A stretch of 62,000 bases of DNA, taken from NCBI GenBank assembly GCA_013265495.1, contig MU058233.1, positions 159,038 to 221,037 of the forward strand, in the 5' to 3' direction. Every line of letters begins with the position of its first letter. Positions within the stretch are counted from its first letter, which is position 1. The stretch is from Vicugna vicugna (Eukaryota). A program made the translations under genes and the position numbers. The notes under the pieces were generated by a model that was given only the letters and a program-made list of their open reading frames with translations, ran no database searches and was not told the origin of the DNA. Below are positions 36,732 to 48,966 of this stretch, piece after piece.

Positions 36732-38051
36732 ATGCATCATGGCGGCGGCCCTCAGAGTGTCCCGCACCAGCTGCAGAGGTCCCGGGCCTTTGGCGGCAGC
36801 GAAGGGGAAGAGCAGCAGGTCCACCCGAACCCGCCGCCGTCCCCCGCCACGCCCTTCGCGCCATCGGCCAGCCCGTCGGCACCCCAGTCCCCCGGGTACC
36901 AGGTTCAGCAGCTCATGAGTCGGAGCCCCGTGGCTGGGCAGAACGTGAACATCGCCCTTCAGAATGTCGGGCCAGTGGTGGGAGGGAGCCCTCAGATCAC
37001 GCTGGCCCCTCTGCCGCTGCCCAGCCCCACGTCTCCCGGATTCCAGTTCAGCGCCCAGCAGAGGCGGTTTGAGCACGGCTCTCCCTCGTACATCCAGGTC
37101 ACCTCGCCACTGTCCCAGCAGGTCCAGACGCAGAGCCCCACACAGCCCAGCCCTGGGCCGGGACCGGGCCTGCAGGGCGTGCGGGCGGGCGCCCCCGGCC
37201 CCAGCCTGGGCCTCTGCAGCAGTAGCCCCACCGGGGGCTTCGTGGATGCCAGCGTGCTGGTGAGGCAGATCAGCCTGAGCCCGTCTGGCGGCGGCCACTT
37301 TGTGTTCCAGGAGGGCTCGGGCCTGGCACAGGTGGCCCAGGGCGCCCAGGTCCCGCTGCAGCACGCAGGTGCGCCTGTCACTGTCAGGGAACGGAGACTC
37401 TCGCAGCCCCACGCACAACCCGGGGGCACCGTCCACCACCTGGGACCCCAGAGCCCTGCGGCTGCGGGCGGGGCCAGCCTGCAGCCCCTGTCCAGCCCTG
37501 GCCACATCACCACGGCAAGCTTGCCGCCCCAGATCAGCAGCATCATCCAGGGGCAGCTGATCCAGCAGCAGCAGGTGCTGCAGGGGCCGCCGCTGACCAG
37601 ACCTCTGCTCCCTGGGGTCGGGGTCGGGGTCGGGGGGGCCTCAGCGTTTGGGATGACGTCCCCACCGCCCCCAACCAGCCCTTCCAGGACTGCGGTGCCC
37701 CCGGGCCTCTCCACCCTTCCTCTCCCGTCTGCGGGGAGTGCGGGGGTGAGAAGGGCTCCCAGGAAGCTGGAGGAGATCCCCCCGGCCTCCCAGGAGCTGG
37801 CTCAGATGCGCAAGCAGTGCCTGGACTACCACTACCGGGAGATGGAGGCACTGAAGGAGGCCTTCAAGGAGTATCTCATCGAACTGTTCTTCTTGCAACA
37901 CCTTCAAGGGAACATGATGGATTTCTTAGCTTTTAAGAAGAAGCATTATGCCCCGTTACAAGCTTACCTTAGGCAGAATGATTTGGACCTGGAGGAAGAG
38001 GAGGAGGAGGAGGAGGAAGAGGAAGAGAAGTCTGAGGTTATCAATGATGAG
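36732..38051 (+). CDS. EP400: EP400 exon 2 coding part (exon starts 36697); EP400 N-terminal region, 440 codons
   Basis: ttccag acceptor ending at 36696; acc[21 protein letters not shown]...[26 protein letters not shown]...E12 KSEVINDE; donor GAG|GTGAGA. Confidence 0.97.
37992..38027 (+). repeat. EP400: GAG/GAA repeat encoding a 12-residue poly-Glu tract
   Basis: Directly visible in exon 2. Confidence 0.95.
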
Positions 38052-39547
38052 GTGAGAAATAGCGGTTTCATAATCAGCCGGCTGTGTTACGTGCATGTGA
38101 GTCTAGGCAGCCGTGAGTTAAAAATGACCTGTGAGCCTGGGGTGCCTCTGCCATGCAGTTTCGCAGGAGTTTGATCCAGGAGCAGAGCTGACGAGGGTTG
38201 CTTTTCCCTTCTTGGAGGGGGAGAGCTACTCTTGCTGGAGGTTGATGCAGAACGGTGCTATGAGTTGGGCTGGTGCGCCTGGAACCGGGGTGCTCCCCTG
38301 ACGTGAGACTGGCCCGCGAGGCCCAGCTTTCCTCTGTGCTCTGCTGGACGTGGGGGATTGGCCGACCCTGCGGGGCGGCAGAGGCCAGAGGCGTGGACAG
38401 CGCCTGCTGGTTCCCGTAACTCACGGAGGTCCTCCCGTTAAAAACGCTGTGACTGGTTTTTAAAGAAGGTTTGGATCACTAGCCTTTTATGGTGCACTGG
38501 TTACAATTCTACACCACTAGATATGTTTATAAGGTATCTTCACGATTAAAGAAACTGTGACGATTACGACAGAAAGTTATTCGAGGATGCTTTCAGGTTT
38601 CAGATGCAGTCTTCGATTTGAGATCATATGTTCAAGTCACTTCCCAGATACCTGTCGAATGACATTTGAGGTGGAATCTTTTTTAGGTAGTGAAGTTTTT
38701 GGGTGCCTGGAATGGGTGCTTAATAAATCCTCGGTTTGAGGTTTCTCAGCATCTCAGTGACTCCTTAGATCCTTGTATTTGTACTTCCTAAAACCAACGC
38801 CGAGCAGACAGTGAGGTGCACTGTGATGCACTGTACTTGTGCCTTTGTGTTGTGTACTGTACACTACGTTGGTGGAGCTTATTTTGTTTTTCGATACAGC
38901 TAAAATAACGTAAATCTTTGTCAGCTCTTCTCCTGCAAAGAAATCAGCCTTTGCTGAGCAAAAGCTGGTCTCTTTGCTTGTCTCATTTGATACTTATTAT
39001 GTGTGGCTTTGCCATGTGGTGTTTTCTTTAACACCCTTTCCAGGATGAGCCATTTTTATTTTCTGAAAGGTTTATATGATTACTTTGAGGATTTCACCTC
39101 TGTTGCCGTGAAACAGTGAGATTCAGGTCTCTCTCTGTTTGTGCACCAATGTTGTCTTTAGACTCAGTCCCCGTATCTGTCGTTGCCATTCTGACCTACA
39201 CGAAGTAGGCCAGGGTCTGTCGTACAAACTGCCTATCAGGTTGTTAGGGTTTTGCCACTTGAAGACTGTCTCCCATTCCCATTTTTAAAATTTGAGGTTG
39301 CAGAATCTAAGGATATTGCACTTGTGACTTAAACTGGAGTTTCTGCAGGATTTGCAGTTGAGTTAGGTTGTTATGTTATAAATCCATCATATTATAGCAA
39401 TTCAGTGTCCTTTCACAGGATTTGATGCAAAAACATTCCATTTTAAAACACCAAACATCAGTGAGCTATCAGCAATAAAATTCTAACAAAATTTTGAGCA
39501 GTCTTAAAAATTATGTTGCCTTTTTTTCTCAAAATATTTCCTCTCAG

Positions 39548-39658
39548 GTAAAGGTTGTGACAGGAAAGGATGGGCAGACTGGTACTCCTGTTGCTATAGC
39601 AACCCAGCTTCCTCCAAATGTTTCTGCTGCTTTTTCATCCCAGCAGCAACCATTTCAG
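39548..39658 (+). CDS. EP400: EP400 alternative (cassette) exon, [37 protein letters not shown]
   Basis: cctctcag acceptor; 111 nt, symmetric phase 0; donor CAG|GTACTT. The peptide matches the insert recalled in the long human isoform. Confidence 0.85.
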
Positions 39659-40299
39659 GTACTTTTCGATGGTTCTAAAATGTAGTCTCATCCGAAACTT
39701 TTCCTTCATCCGATATTTTAACCTTCGATTCACTATTTGCTCTTCAGCATTTTTTCCCAGAGCCCATTCCTTATTTTGAAAAAGTAAAAAACTCTTCCTG
39801 CATATAAAATTATAAAACTAAACTGCATGAGTAAATGACAACGCAGATCTTAACGTGTTATTTTTTGTGTGTGTTGACCTGTAACGCGGTAGTAGCTTCG
39901 GCATGCATGTCACCTGATACTTACAGTCCTGTTGAATGTACGCTCCGGATTCCTGTGTGCTGTGTTTTAAATGTTGGTTCTTTCTTGTGTCTTCTATCTG
40001 TATTTTTGAGAACAGTGCAAAACAGAACAACAACAACAAAAAGATTAAACATGCTAACTTAGTGTTCTCTGTAGCTGGAAGAAGCACTGAGGTGAAACAT
40101 ACCTGAAATATCAGGACTTTAGGCTTCTAAATGGATGTTAATTGAATGCAAACTGGTTTTAAAATTTTTTTTGAAAATTAAATCACTCAGCGTGACATTA
40201 ATAAATGCCAGGAACCTAAAAGTACAGGTCAGAGTCTAGTCATTTTGGAATAGATTGTGCTGGGTTCTGAAAGCAGCTTCATCTTGTGGATGTTTAAGT

Positions 40300-43200
40300 T
40301 TTTTTTTTTAATTTTAAATTTTGGTATAATTTCAGTTGTGTATGAAAGTTGGAGTAGGTACAAAGAGCTCCACTTGTATCTTCTGTTCAGATCCACCAGT
40401 TGTTGCCTTTCTGCCCCGTTTGCATTATTTTCATTCTCTCTCTTCGTCCCTCCCTCTCTCTCTCATATGCACACATACGCACATCCCCTGTGAGCTGTGT
40501 GAGAGCGCACTGCAGACCTCGCCCCAGGCACTGCCCCCGAGCGCTTGCGCACATGGTGTCAGGGGTGGGTGTTACCCGGCCTACCCTCAGTGTAAGGGTC
40601 AGTCCCCAGAGTCTCCCGGCAGCTGTTCCATGACTGAGCCGCAGCTCGTGCAGATCTTGTCTGCTGTTCTGGTGGTGTCCTTTGTAGTTGCTTCTCCCCG
40701 GGCTGGGGTCACCCACTGTGTTGAGTTGTCATGCCTCTCTGGTCTTCTTTAATCTGGGCTGGCTCCTCACTCTTTGATGACCTTTACGTTTTTGAGGAGT
40801 ACAGGCCAGTTATTTTGTAGATGGTCCTTTGATACGGGCCACTAACTCTATCTTCTGTTCACAAGTCTGGCCAGAATTGGTCCTCACGTTAAAGATTGCA
40901 GAGTAGATTTTCTAACTCCGTTATTCTTACATTCATTAGTTGGCATCCACTATCATGATGAGCTTTTTTCCCCATTATATTCATATATGGATTCTTACTT
41001 TAATCGGTGGGTTATAGATGTCATTAACAGTATTTATTTGTTTATTTTAAATTATTTAATTCAATAAAATTCACTCATTTTTATGTCTGTAGTTTTGTGA
41101 GCTTTGACAAACTCACAGAGTTGTGTAAACACCACCACCATAGTCAAGAAACAGGAGTCCATCATCCCGCAAAATGCTCCTCCTGCTACACTTTATGGTC
41201 AGACTCTCTCCCTCCGTCTTGGTTCCCCATCTCTGTGACTTTGCCGCTCCCAGGTAAAATGTGAGTGGAATCACAGCATGCTGCCTTTTCAGTGCGTGTG
41301 GTGAACTCAAGATATAGCCGCGTTGCTGAGTTTACCTGTGGTTTGTTTTTTTTTGCTGAGTGGTATTCCTTTGAATGAGTGTTCCCCCATTTGTCCAGTT
41401 TCCCTTTGAAGGACCTTGGGTTGTTTCTAGTTTTTAGCATATGTAAGAGGAAGATTGCTGGGTATGTTAATAAGTTTATGTTCAGTTTTGTAAGAAACTG
41501 CCAGACTTTTTCACAGTGGCTGCACCATTTTGAATTCCCACCAGCAGTAGGAGTTCCTGTTTTTCTGCATTCTCCCCACTACTTGTTTTTGTCCGTTTCC
41601 TTTTGTAGTTATTCTAATATGTATGTAGTTTTAGTTTGTGTATCTCTAAAGACTAACGATGTTGAACAAGTTACCATGTGTTCATTTGCCATTTGTATAT
41701 CCTCTTTGGTGAAGCATCTCTTCATTTCTTTCACCAGTTTTTTTCACTGCGTCATTTGCTTTATTGTTGCGTTTGAGAATTCTTTATATAATTTTGGATT
41801 GAAGTTTTTTTTATCAGATATAAATTTGCAAATATTTTTCTCTCCTGCAGATTATCTTTTTCTTCTTTTATACTTTTTTTTTTTTACAGAGCAAAAGTTC
41901 TGAATTTTGATGCAGTCTATTTTACCATTTTTTTCTTTTATGGATTGTGCTTTTGACATATATGTAAGAATTCTTTGCTCAACCCAAGGTCACAAAAACT
42001 TCATTTGTTTTCTTCTAGAAGTTGTATAGTTTTAGGTTTTACATTTAGGTCTGTGATCCACTTTGAGTAAAGTTTTGTATAACATACAAGTGTAAGTAAA
42101 GGTTCATATCTTTACATGTTGATAGCCAGCTAGTTGAGCACCATTTCTTAAAAAGACTGTTCTGAATTGACTTTGCATCTTTGACAAAAGTCAGTTGATT
42201 CTGTCTGTATGGGTCCATTTGTGGGCTCTCTTCTCTTCCATTGACCTATGTGTCTTTGTTTTTGCTTATGACACACTGTCTTTACTACTGTAGCTTTGTA
42301 GTAAGTCCTGAAATCAGTTAGCATGAATTCTTCAACTTTATTCTGTTTCAGAATTGTTTTGGTCATTCTGGTTCCTTTTGATGTCTACAGAACGCTCTGC
42401 TAGGATTTTGGTTGGGATTGCACTGGACCTGTTGACCTGTTTGGGGAGAAGTAATACCTTGACGACATTGAGTCTTCTAGCCCAGGAATATGTTACAGCT
42501 CTCCATTTATATTTATCTTCTTTGATTTCTTTCATCAGTATTTTGTAGTTTTCAGCATGCCAATTCTGTACATATTTTGTTAGACCTACACCCAAGTATT
42601 CTAATTTTTCTGTGGTGCTACAGATGGTACTTAAATTTTTAAAAGTTTTCCTGGTTGTTCATTCCCAGTTTATAGGAATACAATTGACTATGCAGCCTTG
42701 CTAAGTTCCTTTTCTAGAGTCAGGAGCTGTTCTGTATATTCCACAGGATTTTCTCCTTGGAGATCGTGTCTGCAAAGAAGCAAAGTTTGTATTTTCTTTT
42801 CCTGTCTATGCCTTTTATTTCTTTTTCCTGTCTTATTGCACTGGCGTGGAATTCCACGGGGAAGATGGATAGGAGTGCTGAGAACAGACATTCTTACCTT
42901 TTTCCTGGTCTTAGGGGGAAGGCAGTTTGTCTTTTACCTTGGAGTCTGATGCTAGCTGTAGATTTTGTAGGTGTCCTTTATCAAGTTAAAGAAATTCCTT
43001 TATTCCTAGTGTTTATCATGAAAGGAAGTTGAACTTTCTCAAATGCTGTTTCTGCATCTGTTCACTTAATCATGTGATTTTTCTTGTTTGGTCTGGAAGA
43101 ATGGTGAATTACATCATATGAAGATACAATTCATATGCAGGGACTACACAGCTCTTAAGTGTTACAGTTTATCAAGTTTAACAAGCAGCACTTAACTTGT

Positions 43201-43480
43201 ACACCTGTCAGACGTCCATTTCCATCATCTCCTGTGTCCCTGCAGGCCACCCACTGCCCACCCCCCATGTTTTGTTATGTTTATTCTGCTCTTACTGCTT
43301 TTCTCGGTGTTCAACTTGTCTGTGATTTGAGCAGTCGGAGCTCTTCCAAGCTGGCTCTAGTATACTCTTGACACATCCCTGCCACTCTCTGAGCACTTGC
43401 TCACTTTCTTCTACAAGATGTTCAAGATTTATCTTGCATATTCCTTGATCAAGCCCAAGATCAGTCATTTCTCCAGGGAA
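40300..43480 (-). mobile_element. Nested old L1 fragments (L1MC/MB-like) in an EP400 intron
   Basis: Minus-strand ORF2 remnants (LTDFRTYYKATVVKTV; ENYKILMKEIKED...YSWARRLNVVK). Confidence 0.8.
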
Positions 43481-46400
43481 CCTGGTTCCGATCGGTGGGG
43501 AATAGTAATTTGAACCTGATGTTTAGGTGCTTCTTGAGATGAATTTGATACAACTGAAGATAAGATTTCTTCAGTTGGAAATTGTCTGAAGAGTTATCCG
43601 TGGCATGTCTTTTCTGTTAATGCTAGAGGAATGTGATACATCAGTATGTTTATAGACCACACTGATATTTGCCTAAGAACAGTGGGACGGTGGAAGGCAC
43701 CAAGTACCGGTAAACTTAGGTGGTTTCCACAGTGACACGAATTAAACCTTCTGATTTACCAGCGTGCTTACCAGATGGCCGGAAATCAGATTGTTGATTT
43801 AGGTCTGCAGGGTTCTCATCCACTTTTGATGGCAGTGTAGTGTGGAAACATTTGGAAACATTTCAGGTGATCGGAAAAAGCGAGCACCGGTGGGCCCTTT
43901 GCCCTGCCAGCATGCTCTAAAGATACTCTGTTTGTGCCCCAGAAAACACCTCTAGTGCTGTTCTGAGCAGCACTGTTTGTAAGTAGCCCCAGAATGAGTA
44001 GAACCAGCATGTCCACCAGCAGCAGACAGGTCAGTGAGTGGTGCACATTCGCACAGAGGAGTGTGAACGAGAGCGGTCAGCAGTGGGAACGCGGGAGCGG
44101 GCCACTGCACGCCTGGGCGTGGTGGGGCTCAGCGACGCCGCGTGGGGAGCAGGGGTTGTGGGAGGCGCAGGCGGCACTGCTTCAGGTCCGGATCCTGGGG
44201 AAGCAGAGCCAGACACAGTGCTGGGCGAACTGAGCCCGTAGCTGCCGACCCTGGGGAAGTGTCACCGGGCTGTGGGGAGGGGCTGCCTGCACGGTGCCGG
44301 GGTCTTCACGGCACGAGTAGCAGTTGATTCTTAAGCCTCGTGATGAGTACGTGGGTGATCTTTATTACTTTTTACACTGTAATCATTTTTCTTTTCTTCC
44401 TTTTTTTAATTGAAGTACCGTCAGTTATATTGTGTCAGTTTCTAGGGTACAGCACACTGTCCAAGTCATGCGTATACGTACATGTTTGTTAACCATATAT
44501 GTTTTTCTACCTCTTAGCATTTTATTATGAAAAATTGCAAACAGAGAAAAGTTGAGCAGTGTTCAGTGAACACCTGTATCCCACTATTTTAAAATCTATG
44601 ATCAATTTTATCATGCTTTTAAAATCACTTACAGAATATATTAAATATTTAAAAGACCAAAAGAGGAAAACCAAGGAGTGTCCGTTTTGAATTATAGATC
44701 TTTGAGGCAAATACTAGTGGATGTCTAAGGAGACAAGTAAATGGAGTCTGTCAGAAGACATTCTGAAATGAAAAATACATCCTTTGCTTCCTTAGGCGGG
44801 GGGGAAATCTCAGTATGAGTTTTACCATTTACAACCAGTTGTAGAATTTTTATATTGGCTAATCTATATATTGACTAGTGAACTCCAGAAATAAATTCAG
44901 AATTCTTTGCAATATATATATAGTCTGCTTCCGAAAGATTTTGAGGTAATATTACTGAGTGCAGAGGAATTGTGTATAAAATAATACACACGCACATGCA
45001 CCCACGTATTTATTAATGAAAAGAACCATTCTGAGTAGATGGTATCTTTCAGTGGCTTTTCTGTTAGAGAAAGTGAACGGTCATCCATAGTTCTGTCATT
45101 CTAACGAAGCTTTTAAATATTTATTACATACATACCAGTTGACACAGTGTATTTACACTTTTCTTTGGCCGTTTCATTTGACAAGTGCCCTCTGTTTTAC
45201 TCACTTTCGTAATTCTGACTTTAACGGCTTCTCATACATCATTTTGAGGAACTGTGATTTCTTAAGCCACTTTTCTCCTTTTAATTCTATTTAGAAAAAG
45301 TTTTCAGGAGTAGCATTCGTGATGCAAGGAAGTCTTAGTGTCTGTGCGGTGCTCGCCATGCACCGTCGCTTTGGTGTTGGCAGAAGGTGCTGCTGGAAGC
45401 GTGTGAGTGGTCCCAGGTTTGTTACCGCCTTGTCAGCACTGGCAGGCGTTCTAAACAGAGTTCGAGACATTACCAGGATGAATATTGTTACTTGCAACCA
45501 GTTACTGGATTTTTACAACAAACTGCTCTGCTGGTGATTAAACTCTGGAAGTAAAGCCGGAGTTGTTGGTGTGTATCAGTTTCTGCTTCCATGAAGTTTT
45601 GAGGTGCTGTTCTAGAGTGCAGTTATTATGTACAAAGTAGTTTTTACTGCAGTTACTTAGACCTTAAAAAATCCTAATTGGACATTATTTTTCAGTGGTT
45701 ATAATGTTACAAGAAATGAATAATTACAGTTCTTTAACCCTGCCCCAACTATTGATTTTTTATTCTTTCTTATGTGTTCATATTTTTACGTGTACAGTTA
45801 AAGCTTTGTAGGTGTGAAGTGGAAGCTTACTTGTTTAATCGACGTACATGTGGGAAGAAGGCGTGAGTGATTTTCTCTCACTCACCCTCACCCCAGGTTA
45901 ACCTTGGGGGGATTTTGTTCAGAGTCTTGAATTGAGAGACCTCTGGTCACTGAGCCCAAAGCCTTGTCCAGTACAGGTGGGTCCTTTGAAGGGACTCAGG
46001 ATGGTCATCACCTCATTGCCCATGCCCTTCTCTTTTGGTGACTGGGCATCCCACCTTACAGGTACCACCGGTCCACTTAGTTTACATTTGTTTCTTTAAA
46101 CTGGACAGAAATGTACTCCTTGGTGACCACCAGCTGCAGCTGTTGGTCTTAGTTCCGCCCTCCAGAGGCATGAACGGCTGCTCCTCTTTCTGGTAGCAGA
46201 TTTTCTTTTCTGTGAGCTACATCCCCTGTTCCTTCGACTGTTGTTTTCCCCTTGGCGTAGTTTCTAGACTCCCTCTAAGTTGTACTGTCTGCTCTGGAAA
46301 AGTCAGTTTCGCTGTTGTCTTTCTTCAGATGGGCATCCAGAATTCTGTTCCCATCAAGGAGTATCTTTTTTTCTATGAGAATTTTTCTTTCTTATTTTTT

Positions 46401-48875
46401 AAAGAGTTCCAATATATGATTGTTAATTATAACCAAATTTGTATTTTAAAAACAGGAATGTCTTTCCTATTAAAATACTCATGAAGACTGTAAGATAAAA
46501 CTGAAAACCATTCTGAAAACTAAGCGTCAGTGGCAGTCAGGAGTTAGGGAAAGAGAAGTCCTTCCCTGTCAGTGTCTTTGATGATGGATTTTTTCTTTGA
46601 ATGAAGTCCAGTGTATCAGTTTTTTCGTAAGGATGTCCAGTCTTCTAACATCCCTTGGTTGAGAGGACTTCGTTCCCTTTGGGTAACTTTGGAGTCTTCA
46701 GGAAGCGACATGATTGTGGGAGCGTGAGTCTCCCTCTGCGCTCTGCTCAGTTCTCTCCGTCTGCCGTCCGTCCTTCAGCAGCGCTAGGCCCCCCGATGCC
46801 TGAGGTCTGCGGTGCGTCTGGACGTCCTTCTCTCCTCTTGTCCTTCTCTCAGGAATCTGCTTTCAGTTCGCTGACCTCTGCGTCCCCACTCTGCTGCTCA
46901 GCCTAGCCAGTGAACTCTCTTATTTTAGATATTTTATTTTTCAGTTGTAGAATCTCCATTTGGCTCTCTTTTTTAACAGTTTCTTTTTTTCCTGACAAGG
47001 TTTCCTTCGTCCTTCGTAACAACATACTTTCTTTTGTGTCCTTGGGCACACTCACTAAAGCCACTGTAAAATCCCTGCTGCCAGTTACAGTATGTGGGTC
47101 ACCTTGGGGTTGGTATCCATTGACTGTTTTCTGAGTATGGCTCATGTTTTCTTGTATCTTTGTGTTTTGCAGTAAATTTGAATTAGATTTTGGATGTCAT
47201 GAGTGATACATTGTAGAAACTCTGGGTTCTGCTCTGTTCTTCTGAAGGGTGTGATTGTTTTGCTTTTACATGTAGTTAATGTGATTGAATTGAAACTGTG
47301 AACCCTGTCTCCGATCGACCCTGTCTCCGATCGCGGTGCTGGAGACGTCCGTGCAGTTCTTTTGGCCGGGGCTTGGAGTCTTTGTGCAGGTGTGGTTTAG
47401 GAGGCAGCCAGACACCGAGGAGAGGACTCTGGGCCTCCCGCACCTCCAGCTGTCTCCTGTGGCTCTGCTCTGATCTCCTGCCCTCCGTCTTCAAAGTGGC
47501 CTTCAAGCCAGTGAGGCCCTGCACGTCTCTGGACCTGAGCTGGTCCACGCAGTGCAGCCTGGGGCCTGCTCTTTTGCCAAATGCTGTAAAATCAGAACTC
47601 TCCCCTAGCTCCATTCCCTTCTTGCAAGGATGGAGTGTTCCATCTTGTAGCTGCCTACCCTTTCATGTCTTTTTATATTTCATCTAGAGTTTGTGTTTAT
47701 CTACAGTGTGTTTGGCCCAACAGGAAGTACTCAGCCATTACTGGACACAGAACCCTGTATCAATTTCTTTTATTTTAAGAAAGGCCTTTTTTCAATTCCA
47801 GAAGTAATACATGTTCATTATAGAACATTTGGAAAATTCAGAGAAGTGCACACAAACACGAATTATAAATTACCTATAGTCTTGTCCCCAGAGATAACCA
47901 CTGTTCACATACTGGTTTTCAAATCATTCTTTTCTTTCTTCCTCCTTCCTTCCGTCTCTCTGTCCATCCCTCCCTCTCTCGCCCCGTCTTTGTTAAGTGT
48001 AGATGGTGGGGTGCTTGCTTTCCTTTTCACTCTGAGACCTCTCGCCATGTGAGGCAGTGACCTGCAGCGCGGCCGGTACTGGCAGCGTAGTGTCTGTTCC
48101 CAGGGCTGCAGGGGTCAGCAGCCCCTCGCACAGAGCAGTTACTGTGTTTGGACGTTTAAAAGAAAGCCTCATAAGTAGAGTAGATGTAATTGAATTATTA
48201 AAAACATTGGCAACTAGCAGCTGTTCAGCGTAATTCTCAGCGTTCGGTGTGCCTGCAAGCGTGGTGCAGAGCTGTGAGAGGCGCAGGGTGCCCACGCTCG
48301 GCGGGTTTCTGTCTTTTCTGGTAGCTTTTCATTTAAACATTCAAAGTAGAGCCTGTATATATTTCACATAGCTTTATGTCATGTATGGTGCTAACTGCAA
48401 AAATGCCATTTTGAAGTTAATTGGGTTGTTACGAATTAGCGTGTTAGTGTCACTTTCCAGTACCAAGACAGTTTCAGCCTTTCTTGTCGTCACTCGGCTT
48501 TTATGTTCCTGGCGGGGTGATGCCGGGCAGGGTGACTGGTGAGGGAGGCTGAGCTGCAGCCCTAGGTCCGAGACTGAGGTTCCCGCATTAGCTTCTGCTG
48601 TCTTCTTTGTGCAAAGCTAGCTTGTTTCTGAAGGACTCTAGATTTGCATTGATCTGAAAGTACATTTAAAACCAGAATACAAGTCCTTTTTTTTAATCCT
48701 CCAGAGGTAAGTTAGAACTTACTTACTACAATACATTGGGTAGATAACATTTCTCTTCTTAAGAAGGAATGAGGTCACTGTTTGGGATAATTATGATAGT
48801 TTTAGTTTATATTCATTCTTGTAATGCACTTAAATGATCAAGATCTCAGTTTTTCTTTTTTTTTTTTCTTCCCAG

Positions 48876-48966
48876 CAGCAAGCCCTAGCAGGGACCCTGG
48901 TGGCAGGGGCCGGAAATGCGATAGAAACGGACCCCTTTAAGAGGCAGCAGGCGGGACCCCCGGCAG
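48876..48966 (+). CDS. EP400: EP400 exon, QQALAGTLVAGAGNAIETDPFKRQQAGPPA (NAGNAG acceptor)
   Basis: Long pyrimidine tract then cccag|CAG|CAA; donor CAG|GTATGT; 91 nt. Confidence 0.9.

Noticed and set aside
36450..37714. 351-aa and 240-aa antisense ORFs over EP400 exon 2
   Set aside because: Same codon-shadow effect; low-complexity products.
38052..38174. Read-through of EP400 exon 2 to 480 aa in the ORF track
   Set aside because: Strong donor GAG|GTGAGA and no AATAAA seen close after the stop; the extension is intronic.
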